64,000 nt of DNA from Acidobacteriota bacterium (GCA_965205505.1 CBDBHB010000009.1:384001-448000); one strand, 5' to 3'; shown: positions 18,643 to 28,267, counted from the stretch's first letter. A program made the numbers and translations. The notes: a model not told the origin generated them from the letters alone.

Positions 18643-19557
18643 ATGATGCGCCAGCGTTCCGCCATACCTATGAGCGTCGCCATGGCGGCGATGCTCATGT
18701 TGATGGGTCCCACCGTCACCTCGGAGGCGTTCGCCCAGGGCGCGATCACCGCCGGCGAGATCAAGGGCACCTTCCAGGATGATGCCGAGGATGCTCACCT
18801 GTGGTCGGGGCCCGATGGCAAGCCGTTGCCGTTTCGAACCTACGAGGAGGCGACGGAGTTTCTGCGTACCGCCGAGGTCGTGTCGTCAGAGGACTTCGGC
18901 ATCGGCATTACGGGGATCAAACGTCTGGTGCTCGAGCGCGACGGCGTGTGCGTGCGCGGCGCCTTTCACGATGTCGACAAGGTGACGGCGGACTCCCGAG
19001 TGAACCGGCGCATGTTTCGCCGCTACTACGACAGCTACAAAAGCCAGTGTGCCGCCTACGAGATAGCGCGCCTGTTCGAGCTCGACAACGTGCCGCCTAC
19101 GGCCTGCCGCAACGTCAACGGCGTTGACGGAAGCGTGCAGCTGTGGATGGAGGGAACGCAAAGCGAGCGAGACCAACGAGAGACGGCGTCGGGCCCGCCA
19201 GTGACGAACGACTGGATACTCCAGATCCAGGCCATGCGACTGTTCGACAGCCTGATCTTCAACGACGACCGGAACAGCGGCAACTACCTGGTCGACGTAG
19301 ATTGGGAGCTCTGGATGATCGATCATTCACGCGCCTTCCAGGTGCGCACAGAGCTCCGCTATGGCGATGAGATCGTGTGGTGCACGGAGCGCATGTGGCA
19401 GCTGCTTCACCAGGTAACCGATGACCAGATTCGCGCCGCGGTCGACATGTTGTTGGTCCCACGGCAGCTGAATGCGCTGCTCGAGCGGCGCACGATACTC
19501 GTCGAGCACATCCAGAAGATGATCGACGAGCACGGCGAAGGTGCCGTACTCCGTTAG
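18643..19557 (+). CDS. Secreted atypical protein-kinase-like protein (PI3/4-kinase/HipA-like fold)
   Basis: GIGITG loop, AAYEIARL...VPPT, GSVQLW, FDSLIFNDDRNSGNYL, WMIDHSRAF; signal peptide AFA/Q. Confidence 0.75.
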   Translation: MMRQRSAIPMSVAMAAMLMLMGPTVTSEAFAQGAITAGEIKGTFQDDAEDAHLWSGPDGKPLPFRTYEEATEFLRTAEVVSSEDFGIGITGIKRLVLERDGVCVRGAFHDVDKVTADSRVNRRMFRRYYDSYKSQCAAYEIARLFELDNVPPTACRNVNGVDGSVQLWMEGTQSERDQRETASGPPVTNDWILQIQAMRLFDSLIFNDDRNSGNYLVDVDWELWMIDHSRAFQVRTELRYGDEIVWCTERMWQLLHQVTDDQIRAAVDMLLVPRQLNALLERRTILVEHIQKMIDEHGEGAVLR

Positions 19558-19561
19558 CGAT

Positions 19562-19589
19562 CCGCCACACTTCCACCACGGCCTGCTAG
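19562..19589 (+). repeat. 28-bp CTAG-ended repeat
   Basis: CCGCCACACTTCCACCACGGCCTGCTAG. Confidence 0.9.
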
Positions 19590-19618
19590 ACTTCGAGCTC
19601 GTCGACGGCTTCGGTTGC

Positions 19619-22414
19619 CTACCCGGACGTGAGCCTGCGGATCTCGTCGTCGAGGCCGGTCATCTCCCAGCGGATCAGTGACCAGGGAATCGATCCGGTG
19701 TCGAGCACGCCATCGAGGAACTCGCTGAGCTTGAACTCGTCGCCTAGCTGGTTGGCGCGGTCGCGGAACAGCTTCATGAACTGCACCTTGCCGACCACCA
19801 TCAACATGTGGTGTCCGACGCCGCGCAACGTGGTGTCGAGCTCGAACCACAGGTGGTGGCTGCCATCGAGCAGCTCTCCATGGGGCGCGTTGCCGACGCA
19901 GAATTCCATCGCATCGGCAAGCGTCCAGTCGCCGCTGTGCATGTAGATGTCCGAGAGTGCCCGCACGGTGCGGAACGCCGACTGCTCGTAGGCGATCTCA
20001 CGGCCGTGCGGGTTTCGTCCGTCCAGGTAGCCGGCGTGCATCAGCAGCTCTTCGAGCGCGAAGGCGAAGCCCTCACCGCGCGCCGTGCCGATCTTGAAGG
20101 GGCGGCGGCCGCCGCGAATCGGACGGTCGTCGTTTCTCGAGCGTAGGCCGTCGAAATGGTGTCCGACCATCTCGTGTGTCTCCTCCATCAACGGCTCACG
20201 GTGTGAGAAGTTGAAGAAGTAGTCGTGCTTCTCGGGCCAGGGGTTGTCGAACCCGTGCCACGAGCCGAAGTACTCATCGGGCGTCAGGTAGTCGTTCACC
20301 GTGAAGATCTCCTGGTCGCGCAGGAAGTCCATCAGGTGGTCGATTGCCGCCGAGACGCTGGCCTTGTACTCGGCCTGCGATTGCACCGGCTCGATGGCCG
20401 GGGCGTCGCGGTTGCGGTTTTCCTCGAGCCGCTGGTAGGTGATGACGCGGTTGTCCTCGAGCTCGACGATGGTGCGCACCTCTTCCCAGGTGTAGGGGAA
20501 CAGGTAGACGTTCTTGAGCAACCAGTTGTAGTTGTCCTTGCCTACCCCGGCGCGGGCCGTCATGCGGTGCTTGTTGGCCTCGATCCACCCGATGTAGCCA
20601 TCGATGGCGGCGAGCGCCGCCTCGAGGTCGGCTATGAGCTCCGGGTGATGCTCCGCCAGGCGCGTTCGCAGCGACTCGTAGCCGGCCCGGGTGTCGCCCA
20701 GCGACAGCACCGCCAGCGTGCCCAGGTCGCCGGCGACGACCGATAAGTCGTGGAGGTTCACCCGTGCCTGCTCGAGAATGCCGCCGACAGATCGGAGCCG
20801 GTCTCGCATCGTGGCGCGCTGCTCCTCGGTGAGCGCCCCGTCCCCCCGCAGACGTGTGCGTGGCAGCGCGTCGTTGTAGAAGCCCGGATCGAGCAACCAC
20901 GGCACCAGCACTCGGTGACGGAACTCGAGTCCGTTCATCTCCGCGCGCACCAGCTGATAGTCGACCTGCTGGGAGATTGGCCAGTCACCGGGATCAATTG
21001 CGGCGAGGCGATGTTGATACTGCTTCAGCTCCTCGAACTGAACCGCCATGGCGGTCGCCGAGTAGTCGGGCACGCCCTCGATCCTCTCGGCGGCGAGGAA
21101 CTTCCGGAAATCCCCGAACAACGCCAGCAGATCCGCGTAGCTGGCCGGGCCAGCATCGCTCGCCAGGTCCGGCAAGCTCACGGTGTCGTCGGCAAAGGCG
21201 AGGAGCTCGATATTGAGGAGCAGGTCGGATCCGTCGCGATCGATACGCTGGTCGATGACCCTGACCGTGACGCCGTCACGCGCCACGTCATACTCGTCAG
21301 CGTTGCCCTCGTAGACGGCAGTGTCGGTGCCGCGGCCGCCGTCGAGCAAGTCGGCGCCGGCGTTGCCGCGCAGCGTGTTGTCGCCGCTGTTGCCGGTGAG
21401 CTGGTTGTCCCAAGCGTTGCCGATCAGGCCGGCGTTGTTGTTGCCGGTTAGCGTGGCGTTCTTGAGATGCTGCGACTTGCCGGTGTAGCGTAGCGAGCCG
21501 TCGCGCTGCATCGAGAACGTGCCCTCGAATTCTGCTGGTAGCTCGGGTGTGTAGGTGAGGAACGGCGGGAAGAACTCCTGCAGGATCGCCAGCCCCTCGG
21601 GATCCGACAGTCGCATCCCGTGGCGGCCTCTGGCGCCGTATCCTCCGAAATGGGAGGTGCCGGCGGGGATCCTGTCCGGGTCTATCGGCCGCCCCTCATA
21701 GACGGTCGGAGGCACCGTCCAGAGATCCAGGTAGTTGTCGTAGATCGCTGCGAAGTACTCGTTGGGCTCATTCTCGAGGTCATCCTGGTTGCCGCGCCAC
21801 AAGCCTCGGTCCATGGCGGCGTGAGTGATACGCCGCAGCTCCTCCTGCATCTCGGGCAGCGCCGGCTTGATGCCGTAGTCGTGCACCATGTGCAGCACCT
21901 CCTCGTAGGAGGCGTCGCGGGTGCGGTGCGCCATGTAGTCCTCGTGACCCTCGACCGGCGCCTCGTTGGCGCGCAGGTCCTGCATGCCGAGCTCGACATC
22001 CCGCAGCGGCCCGCGGAAGGCGGCGCGCATGTCCGGCTCGGTTCTGAATAGGGTCAGCGTTGCCCGGTTATCGGCCATGGCATTGGCGACGATGCGCTTG
22101 TCGGCGCCGTACTTGGTTCCCGGAACGTCGCGCAGTATGTGCTCGAGCACATTGCGCGCCTTGACGATGCGGGCGTCGCTCCAGCCGTCCTGGGCGAGGA
22201 TGTGGATCGGCTTGCCGTTGGGCGCCACCACCTTGGTGTATTTCGCGAAGACCTCGCGAATGACCGGCGAGACGGTTTGCGGCAGCACCACGACGCCGTT
22301 GGCCGATGTGGAGGTGTCGATATCCGGCAGCGGCTCGGTCGCTTGCGGGGCACCGACAGCGACGGCGCCGGCCAGCATGGTGAGGACGACGAGAACGGTG
22401 GCGACCAAGGGCAT
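19619..22414 (-). CDS. Fusion of EExxH zincin-like domain + RTX-like repeats + DUF885-like domain (family member B)
   Basis: GGAG RBS before ATG 22414; signal peptide; RDASYEEVLHMVH, PNEY; GNAGADLLDGGRG; C-terminal HEMVGHH and GEGFAFALEE. Confidence 0.85.
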   Translation of the reverse strand: MPLVATVLVVLTMLAGAVAVGAPQATEPLPDIDTSTSANGVVVLPQTVSPVIREVFAKYTKVVAPNGKPIHILAQDGWSDARIVKARNVLEHILRDVPGTKYGADKRIVANAMADNRATLTLFRTEPDMRAAFRGPLRDVELGMQDLRANEAPVEGHEDYMAHRTRDASYEEVLHMVHDYGIKPALPEMQEELRRITHAAMDRGLWRGNQDDLENEPNEYFAAIYDNYLDLWTVPPTVYEGRPIDPDRIPAGTSHFGGYGARGRHGMRLSDPEGLAILQEFFPPFLTYTPELPAEFEGTFSMQRDGSLRYTGKSQHLKNATLTGNNNAGLIGNAWDNQLTGNSGDNTLRGNAGADLLDGGRGTDTAVYEGNADEYDVARDGVTVRVIDQRIDRDGSDLLLNIELLAFADDTVSLPDLASDAGPASYADLLALFGDFRKFLAAERIEGVPDYSATAMAVQFEELKQYQHRLAAIDPGDWPISQQVDYQLVRAEMNGLEFRHRVLVPWLLDPGFYNDALPRTRLRGDGALTEEQRATMRDRLRSVGGILEQARVNLHDLSVVAGDLGTLAVLSLGDTRAGYESLRTRLAEHHPELIADLEAALAAIDGYIGWIEANKHRMTARAGVGKDNYNWLLKNVYLFPYTWEEVRTIVELEDNRVITYQRLEENRNRDAPAIEPVQSQAEYKASVSAAIDHLMDFLRDQEIFTVNDYLTPDEYFGSWHGFDNPWPEKHDYFFNFSHREPLMEETHEMVGHHFDGLRSRNDDRPIRGGRRPFKIGTARGEGFAFALEELLMHAGYLDGRNPHGREIAYEQSAFRTVRALSDIYMHSGDWTLADAMEFCVGNAPHGELLDGSHHLWFELDTTLRGVGHHMLMVVGKVQFMKLFRDRANQLGDEFKLSEFLDGVLDTGSIPWSLIRWEMTGLDDEIRRLTSG

Positions 22415-22432
22415 GCTGATTGCTCCGGGGGG

Positions 22433-22490
22433 TTGGCAGGCCATGGTGGAAGTTTGGTGCGTCACACTTCCTTCCACCATGGCCTGCTAG
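22433..22490. repeat. 58-bp head-to-head doublet of the repeat (MITE/REPIN-like hairpin)
   Basis: Perfect 17-bp IR GCAGGCCATGGTGGAAG (22436-22452) / CTTCCACCATGGCCTGC (22471-22487); terminal CTAG supplies the stop of the M28 gene. Confidence 0.9.
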
Positions 22491-24088
22491 CGATTTAGTG
22501 AACGCTTGCTGATGACCTGCGTGTCGGATCTGGGGATCTTCTCGTCACGTGTGGCGGCGTGATAGGCGAAGCTGGCCAGAATCGCGGCGTTGCCCATCAG
22601 GTCGGCGACGACGATACGATCGTAGACGTCCATGTTGGAGTGCCAAGTCTTGGTGAAGTACTCGAGGTCGTCCTGAAGGAACTTGAATCCTGGCAACCCT
22701 GCCTCGTTGAACGAGACGCTGTCGGTGCCGCCAGTCGGTACGGGCAGCAGGTGCGCGAAGCCGAGATCGTGGAACGGCTCCATCCACGCCCGGAAGATGG
22801 GCGCCACCAGGCTGTTGCCCTCGATGAACAGGCCACGGAAGCGCCCGTACCAGTCGGTGTTGAAGTACACCGAGAAGTTCTCATAGTCGGGCAGACGCTC
22901 GCTGGCCTCGATATCGATGAAATGGTTGCGCACGTAGCCGCGTGAGCCCAGCAGGCCGGCTTCCTCAGATCCCCAGAGGATGCCGCGGATGGTGCGCCGG
23001 GGCTGCGCGTCGATTGCCCGAAGAATGCGCATCGCCTCCATGACCACGGCGCTGCCGGCGCCGTTGTCGGTGGCGCCGGTGCCGGCCGACTCGGCGTCGA
23101 AGTGGCCGCCGACAATGACCACCTCGTGGGCCAGATCGCTGCCGGCAATTTCCGACACGACGTTGTAGTCCTGCAGGTCTTGCTCGTCGTAGCGAACGCG
23201 GACCTCCAGCTCGAGCTCGACATCCCTACCCATGTCGAGCACGCGGATCACCCGGTTGTAGTGCTCCGCGGCGACGATCAGATGTGGCATCGGCTTCGGA
23301 TCGCCCGGCATGATGGGCTCACCACCCACGACGCGGACCGTGCCCTTGTCGAAGGCGCCCTGATCGGTACCGAGACCCGGCGAAACGAGCGCCACGGCGC
23401 CGGCCCGATCGAGGAGCTCCGCGATGGCGGTCGCCTCCAACGGTGCGGCCATCGCGCCGTCGACCAGCTTGTCGTACTCGGCCTCTGCCAGCTGCACGAG
23501 CTCCGGCTCCGGCAGGATGCGAAAGCTCGCCCAGTCGTCGAGCTGCTCCCGAGTGAAGCGGATCCCGTCGGGCGTGAAGCTCGGCTGCAGCTCTCGTGAG
23601 GGGGCGATGAACACGATCTTGCCGTCTACCAGCGCGCCGTACGGCTCGAGATCGGCCGCCGAGCGAATCTCCTCGGCGTTCACGTGGATCGCGGTGCTCC
23701 GAATCTGGCCGTCTGTGCCGCGGGTCCATGGAACGGGGTAGGCGATGAGTGTCTGGTATTGCGGCTCCATCATGTGAAACGATGTGTACTCGTTTTGCCA
23801 GCCCACCCCGACGGTGCCGAATGGCTCGACCACGGCATCGACGCCGAACTCCCGGAACTTCTCGCGCGCCCAGTGCGTTGCTTCGTTATAGGCAGGGGAG
23901 TTGGAAAAGCGCGGTCCGTAGACGTCGGCAATGGTGCTGACGAGCTCCGCGACTCGCGAGCGGTTGAACGCCTCGTCCTTGATCCGTTGGATGATGTCGT
24001 AGTTCACCGGTTCCTGGGCCAGCATGCCGCCGCCGGCGGCGACGGGCCACGACAGCAACGCCAGCAAGGTGATGGCGCGGTAGCTCAT
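22487..24088 (-). CDS. M28 family metallopeptidase (carboxypeptidase Q-like), secreted
   Basis: GGHFD, GATDNGAG, WGSEEAG, NTD, WHSNMD; signal peptide. Confidence 0.9.
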   Translation of the reverse strand: MSYRAITLLALLSWPVAAGGGMLAQEPVNYDIIQRIKDEAFNRSRVAELVSTIADVYGPRFSNSPAYNEATHWAREKFREFGVDAVVEPFGTVGVGWQNEYTSFHMMEPQYQTLIAYPVPWTRGTDGQIRSTAIHVNAEEIRSAADLEPYGALVDGKIVFIAPSRELQPSFTPDGIRFTREQLDDWASFRILPEPELVQLAEAEYDKLVDGAMAAPLEATAIAELLDRAGAVALVSPGLGTDQGAFDKGTVRVVGGEPIMPGDPKPMPHLIVAAEHYNRVIRVLDMGRDVELELEVRVRYDEQDLQDYNVVSEIAGSDLAHEVVIVGGHFDAESAGTGATDNGAGSAVVMEAMRILRAIDAQPRRTIRGILWGSEEAGLLGSRGYVRNHFIDIEASERLPDYENFSVYFNTDWYGRFRGLFIEGNSLVAPIFRAWMEPFHDLGFAHLLPVPTGGTDSVSFNEAGLPGFKFLQDDLEYFTKTWHSNMDVYDRIVVADLMGNAAILASFAYHAATRDEKIPRSDTQVISKRSLNR

Positions 24089-24101
24089 TGGGGGGCTCCC
24101 G

Positions 24102-24135
24102 GTTCAGTCGTGGACGGCAGTTCAGTTGTGGACGG
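24102..24135. repeat. 16-bp direct repeat duplicating the 3' end and stop codon of the upstream gene
   Basis: GTTCAGTCGTGGACGG (24102) and GTTCAGTTGTGGACGG (24120). Confidence 0.7.
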
Positions 24136-24661
24136 TCTGCGAGAAGAACAGCGTTTCCGTGACCCGGATGTCATGGGCGGGCCGCTCCGGGGTGACGCTC
24201 TCCAGCGTTTCCAGTGTCTCGGGGTCCTCGAACACGAGCGTCCACGCACCCGGATGGGGATTGAAGACACACTCGGGAAACAGAACATGGTGGTGCCAGT
24301 GTTGCCCCCGGTCAGAGAGACTACGGGCGCGCTCCATCATCTCCGCCACCATGGGCGAGTCGGGCTGCAGATCGGCCTGGGCGGCCCCATCGGCGCCTCT
24401 TTCGAGCGGATCGTCGCCGTGCACCATCGTCGCCAGTGCGCGCCCGACGTCCATCATGGGTTCGTCAGAGTAGGTTACGTAGACAACGTCGCGATCCGAT
24501 GCCTCCACGACCATGGCAGGTTGGGTGCGCGGGTTGAGCTCGCAATCGGCTGATAGCACGTGGTTGTGCCAGCGCTCGCCGTCGGCGTGCAGCTCGCGGC
24601 CGATCTCGAGCAGCCGCTCGGCGCTCACGTCTGTCATCTCGACCTGTTGCCGCTGCGTCAT
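24122..24661 (-). CDS. Hypothetical protein with an internally duplicated His/Cys motif
   Basis: WHNHVLSADCELNP and WHHHVLFPECVFNP. Confidence 0.75.
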   Translation of the reverse strand: MTQRQQVEMTDVSAERLLEIGRELHADGERWHNHVLSADCELNPRTQPAMVVEASDRDVVYVTYSDEPMMDVGRALATMVHGDDPLERGADGAAQADLQPDSPMVAEMMERARSLSDRGQHWHHHVLFPECVFNPHPGAWTLVFEDPETLETLESVTPERPAHDIRVTETLFFSQTVHN

Positions 24662-24746
24662 CCGGTCTCGCTTACCGGGCTCCGCGGCGCTGCGTCACCG
24701 CGCTAGTGGGTCTCCAGGTCCCGGTTTCCGGGATCCTAGCCATGGA

Positions 24747-24761
24747 TGTATACAGTATACA
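24747..24761. promoter_or_regulatory. Perfect 7-1-7 palindrome, putative GntR-family operator, in a divergent promoter region
   Basis: TGTATACAGTATACA; overlaps a TACAAT -10-like box; near copy at 40055. Confidence 0.65.
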
Positions 24762-24899
24762 ATCCGCAGATGACCTTGAGTCGGCATCCGCGGTCAGGCT
24801 CCGCCGATTCCACACAGCCTCTTGTCAGCATGCGTTGAATGGGTTACGACGGGCATGAACTTCAGCGACCCTAGGGGTCCGTGGATGGGAGGCCTTGGT

Positions 24900-26876
24900 A
24901 TGTTGGGTATTCAGAGCTCGATTCGGACGAGCCTGTGCGTGAGCCTTGTCCTGGCGGGTAGCGTGGTAGCTGGCGCTCAGGATGCCGGGCCGGCGGCGTC
25001 GGGCGAATGGCACTACTACGGCGGGGACAAGGGGTTCACCAGGTACTCGCCTCTTGATCAGATCAATCTCGACAACGTCGGCGATCTCGAGATTCTCTGG
25101 CGTCGCCCCAAGGTAACCGCCCAGCTGAAACAGGCGTTCCCCGATCTCAACGTCAACGACAACCTGCGGTCGACGCCGATCATGGTCGGTGGGGTGCTCT
25201 ACGCCCCCAACGGCGTTGGGCTGGTGGAGGCCTTCGACGCCGGAACCGGCAAGACGGTCTGGGAACAGGAGCCGTTCGACAGCACCCCGGAGGGCATGAG
25301 CGGTTCGAGCTCCCGCGGCCTCGACTACTGGGAGAGTGGCACCGACCGGCGGGTGTTCGTGGCGAGGCGCCGGTATCTCTATGCCCTCAACGCCAGAACC
25401 GGCGCCTACTACCCCGACTTCGGCGAAAACGGGCGCGTCGACCTTCACCGCGACTTGCCGTGGGCAGAATACAGCTGGTCGATCGCCGCCCCGGTCGTCG
25501 TCGGCGATGTTGTGGTCGTCGCCGGGAACGGTGGTGGCGGTGGCGACTTCGGAAACAAGAAAGAAGCTGCTCCGGAGGACGTACGGGGTTACGACGTGCG
25601 TACGGGCGAGCTCGTGTGGACGTTCCACGTGAGGCCGCGGCCGGGTGAGTTCGGCGACGACACCTGGGGCGACTCGTGGTGGTACGGGGGCGCCATGGGT
25701 GCCTGGGGCGGGCTCAGCGCCGACGAAGAGCTCGGCTACGTGTATGTGCCGCTGACCGCTCCCAGCAACAGTCTCTACGGCGGCCACCGGCCCGGGGACA
25801 ACCTGTACGCTGACAGCCTTGTGGCCATCGACGCCAAGACTGGCAAGCGCGTTTGGCATTTCCAGATGGTTCATCACGATCTGTGGGACTACGACAACAT
25901 CGGCGCCCCTGTTCTCGGTAACATCACGGTCGATGGCAAGCAGATCAAGGCGGTGATGCAGCCCAACAAGACCGGGTTTGTCTACGTCTTTGATCGGGAG
26001 ACGGGCGAGCCGGTGTGGCCGATCGAAGAGCGGCCTGTGCCGCAGTCGACGGTTCCGGGCGAGCAGACCTCGCCGACGCAGCCGTTTCCGACCAAGCCGC
26101 CACCGTTCGACCGTCAGGGCTTGACCGAGGACGACCTGATCGACTTCACGCCCGAGCTCAGGGCCGAGGCACTCAGGATCATGAATCAGTACGTCACCGG
26201 TCCGATCTTCACGCCGCCGTCGTTGGCGGACGAGGCGGCGAACGGAACGATCGTGGTACCGGGAACCTGGGGTGCGGCGAACTGGCACACGCCGGCGTTC
26301 GATCCGGAGACCGGCGTTTTCTATGCCGCATCGCACACGCTCCCGTACATCAACGACATGGTCGCAGCCACCGGCGACGCGACGATGGATTACGTGATCA
26401 AGTCGCCGCCGCCCGGGGCAGGCCGCGGCTGGCGACAGAGCCATCAGGAACTGGCCACGCCATTCGGGCTCCCGCTCACCAAGCCCCCGTACGGGCGGCT
26501 CACGGCGATCGACATGAACCAGGGGGAGCACGTGTGGCAGGTCGCGGTTGGCGATGGGCCACGCGATCATCCCTTGCTGCGAGATCTCGACCTGCCGCCG
26601 CTCGGCATCGCCAATCGCGCCGCCCCGCTCGTCACCAAGACGATGCTGTTCATCGGCGAGGGGAATGATGCCATGCTAGGTGTTGCCCGCGGCGCCTGGG
26701 GAACGATGTTTCGGGCGCTGAACAAGGCCACCGGCGAGACGATCTGGGAGATGCAGCTGCCGGCGGGCGCGACAAGCGCGCCAATGACCTATCTGGACGA
26801 CGGCAAACAGTACGTCGTCGTGGCTGTCGGTGGTCGCGATTACCCGGCCGAATGGGTCGCCCTCGGCCTGCCGTGA
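24900..26876 (+). CDS. PQQ-dependent glucose/quinate/shikimate dehydrogenase family protein (no N-terminal TM domain)
   Basis: YGGDKGFTRYSPLDQI, YGGHRPGDNLY, HHDLWDYD, PTQPFP, KPPYG; GGAGG RBS. Confidence 0.9.
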   Translation: MLGIQSSIRTSLCVSLVLAGSVVAGAQDAGPAASGEWHYYGGDKGFTRYSPLDQINLDNVGDLEILWRRPKVTAQLKQAFPDLNVNDNLRSTPIMVGGVLYAPNGVGLVEAFDAGTGKTVWEQEPFDSTPEGMSGSSSRGLDYWESGTDRRVFVARRRYLYALNARTGAYYPDFGENGRVDLHRDLPWAEYSWSIAAPVVVGDVVVVAGNGGGGGDFGNKKEAAPEDVRGYDVRTGELVWTFHVRPRPGEFGDDTWGDSWWYGGAMGAWGGLSADEELGYVYVPLTAPSNSLYGGHRPGDNLYADSLVAIDAKTGKRVWHFQMVHHDLWDYDNIGAPVLGNITVDGKQIKAVMQPNKTGFVYVFDRETGEPVWPIEERPVPQSTVPGEQTSPTQPFPTKPPPFDRQGLTEDDLIDFTPELRAEALRIMNQYVTGPIFTPPSLADEAANGTIVVPGTWGAANWHTPAFDPETGVFYAASHTLPYINDMVAATGDATMDYVIKSPPPGAGRGWRQSHQELATPFGLPLTKPPYGRLTAIDMNQGEHVWQVAVGDGPRDHPLLRDLDLPPLGIANRAAPLVTKTMLFIGEGNDAMLGVARGAWGTMFRALNKATGETIWEMQLPAGATSAPMTYLDDGKQYVVVAVGGRDYPAEWVALGLP

Positions 26877-28267
26877 GCCGTTCGGTCGCCGCAGGAGCCG
26901 TGCGCCGAACCCCGTTGCCGGCGGCCCTCTGTTTCGCGCTGCTGGCCATTCTCATCGGTGATGGGCCGGCCGACGCACAGCAGGCTCTCGACGTGCGCGT
27001 GCTCGACGCGCGGGCGCGCCAAGAGAACCTCGACCTCATTCGGCAGGAGAAGTTCGATCTCGTCTTGCCGGGAGCGATGCGCGACAACGGTATCGATATG
27101 TGGATCCACTGGATCCGCATGGGCAACCCCGATCCGCTCGAGCAGGACCTGGGTGCCGAGTTCGGAGTGTTCATCTTCACCGACCGCGGCGGCGAGCGCA
27201 TCGAGCGAGCCGTGCTGCAGCCGTTTCACCTGTCGGATCGGACAGCCTACGACATCGTCGGCGATCTGGAGGACCTGCGCGACCATGTGCACGAGCGCGA
27301 CCCGCAGCGCATAGGCATCAACAGCTCGGCCTGGCTCGGGGTGGCCGACGGCATGTCGCGCAACGACTACCAGGAGCTGGTCGAGGCCATTGGTCCGGTC
27401 TATGCCGAGAGGTTGGTATCGGCCGAGCAGCTGATCACCGACTTCCGCGTGCGCCGCGTGCGGCGCGAGCTCGCGGCGTTTTCCACGGCGGGGGAGATGA
27501 CTCGGCGGACGCTGGAGCGCGTACTCTCCAACGAAGTGATCACACCGGGGCTGACGACGCGCGCCGACGCCGCCTGGTGGGTGCAGGATCGGCTACTGGA
27601 AATGGGAGTTGGCTCCTCCTTCGGAGTCAGCATGCCGCGCATCTCGCGTTCCGCCAGCGCCGATTCGGAGACCTCACGGCGGCCCGACTACGTGATCGGC
27701 CGTGGGGACTTCCTGACCTACGACATGGGAATCCGGTATCTGAACTTCGGCACCGACTTCAAGCGCCACGCCTACGTGCTGCGCGAGGGTGAGTCCGCAC
27801 CGCCGGCCGATCTGCAACATGCCTGGGACGAGGGCCATCGAGCACGCCAGATCATCCGTGCCAACATCAAGGTGGGTCGCACGGCCGGCGATACGTTGGC
27901 GATCCTGGCGCACGCCTTGGAGGCGGAGAGCTACGTCTACACGCCTTTCGTCAACGACGGGCGCGATCGTGACATCGTGGCAGCACTTGGCGACGATCGG
28001 CGCACCGGCATCTCGATCGACTGTCACATGGTCGGCAACACCGGCAACAGCCAAGCCGCTGTCGGCCCGGCGATCGCCCCGTTCCGGCAGAGCAAGGCGC
28101 ATCTGGTCATCCAGCCGACGCACCTGTTCTCGCTGGAGTTCGTGGTCCACTCGCTGATGGACGACGGCACCAGGTTGGCTATCAACTTCGAGGACAACGC
28201 GATTGTCACCGATAACGGCGTCGAGTGGCTTTACCCGCCCAACTCGCGCCTCCTGCTGATTCGCTGA
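26873..28267 (+). CDS. M24 (Xaa-Pro aminopeptidase-like) metallopeptidase, secreted
   Basis: TYDMG, TDFKR, DCH, SLEF, NFED ligands; paralog of 57908-59338; start uncertain (26873 or 26900). Confidence 0.85.
   Translation: MSRSVAAGAVRRTPLPAALCFALLAILIGDGPADAQQALDVRVLDARARQENLDLIRQEKFDLVLPGAMRDNGIDMWIHWIRMGNPDPLEQDLGAEFGVFIFTDRGGERIERAVLQPFHLSDRTAYDIVGDLEDLRDHVHERDPQRIGINSSAWLGVADGMSRNDYQELVEAIGPVYAERLVSAEQLITDFRVRRVRRELAAFSTAGEMTRRTLERVLSNEVITPGLTTRADAAWWVQDRLLEMGVGSSFGVSMPRISRSASADSETSRRPDYVIGRGDFLTYDMGIRYLNFGTDFKRHAYVLREGESAPPADLQHAWDEGHRARQIIRANIKVGRTAGDTLAILAHALEAESYVYTPFVNDGRDRDIVAALGDDRRTGISIDCHMVGNTGNSQAAVGPAIAPFRQSKAHLVIQPTHLFSLEFVVHSLMDDGTRLAINFEDNAIVTDNGVEWLYPPNSRLLLIR

Larger units (their letters stand above)
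18568..19589. mobile_element. Putative non-autonomous element: 11-bp inverted ends CTAGCAGGCCG...CGGCCTGCTAG enclosing one kinase-like gene
   Basis: CTAGCAGGCCG at 18568-18578 and a full repeat copy at 19562-19589 in the opposite orientation. Confidence 0.45.

Noticed and set aside
24900-26876. WDYD in the two GDH-type PQQ enzymes (also 46528-48486) as a lanthanide signature
   Set aside because: D-x-D is also present in Ca/Mg-dependent membrane glucose dehydrogenases, so it is not diagnostic in this family
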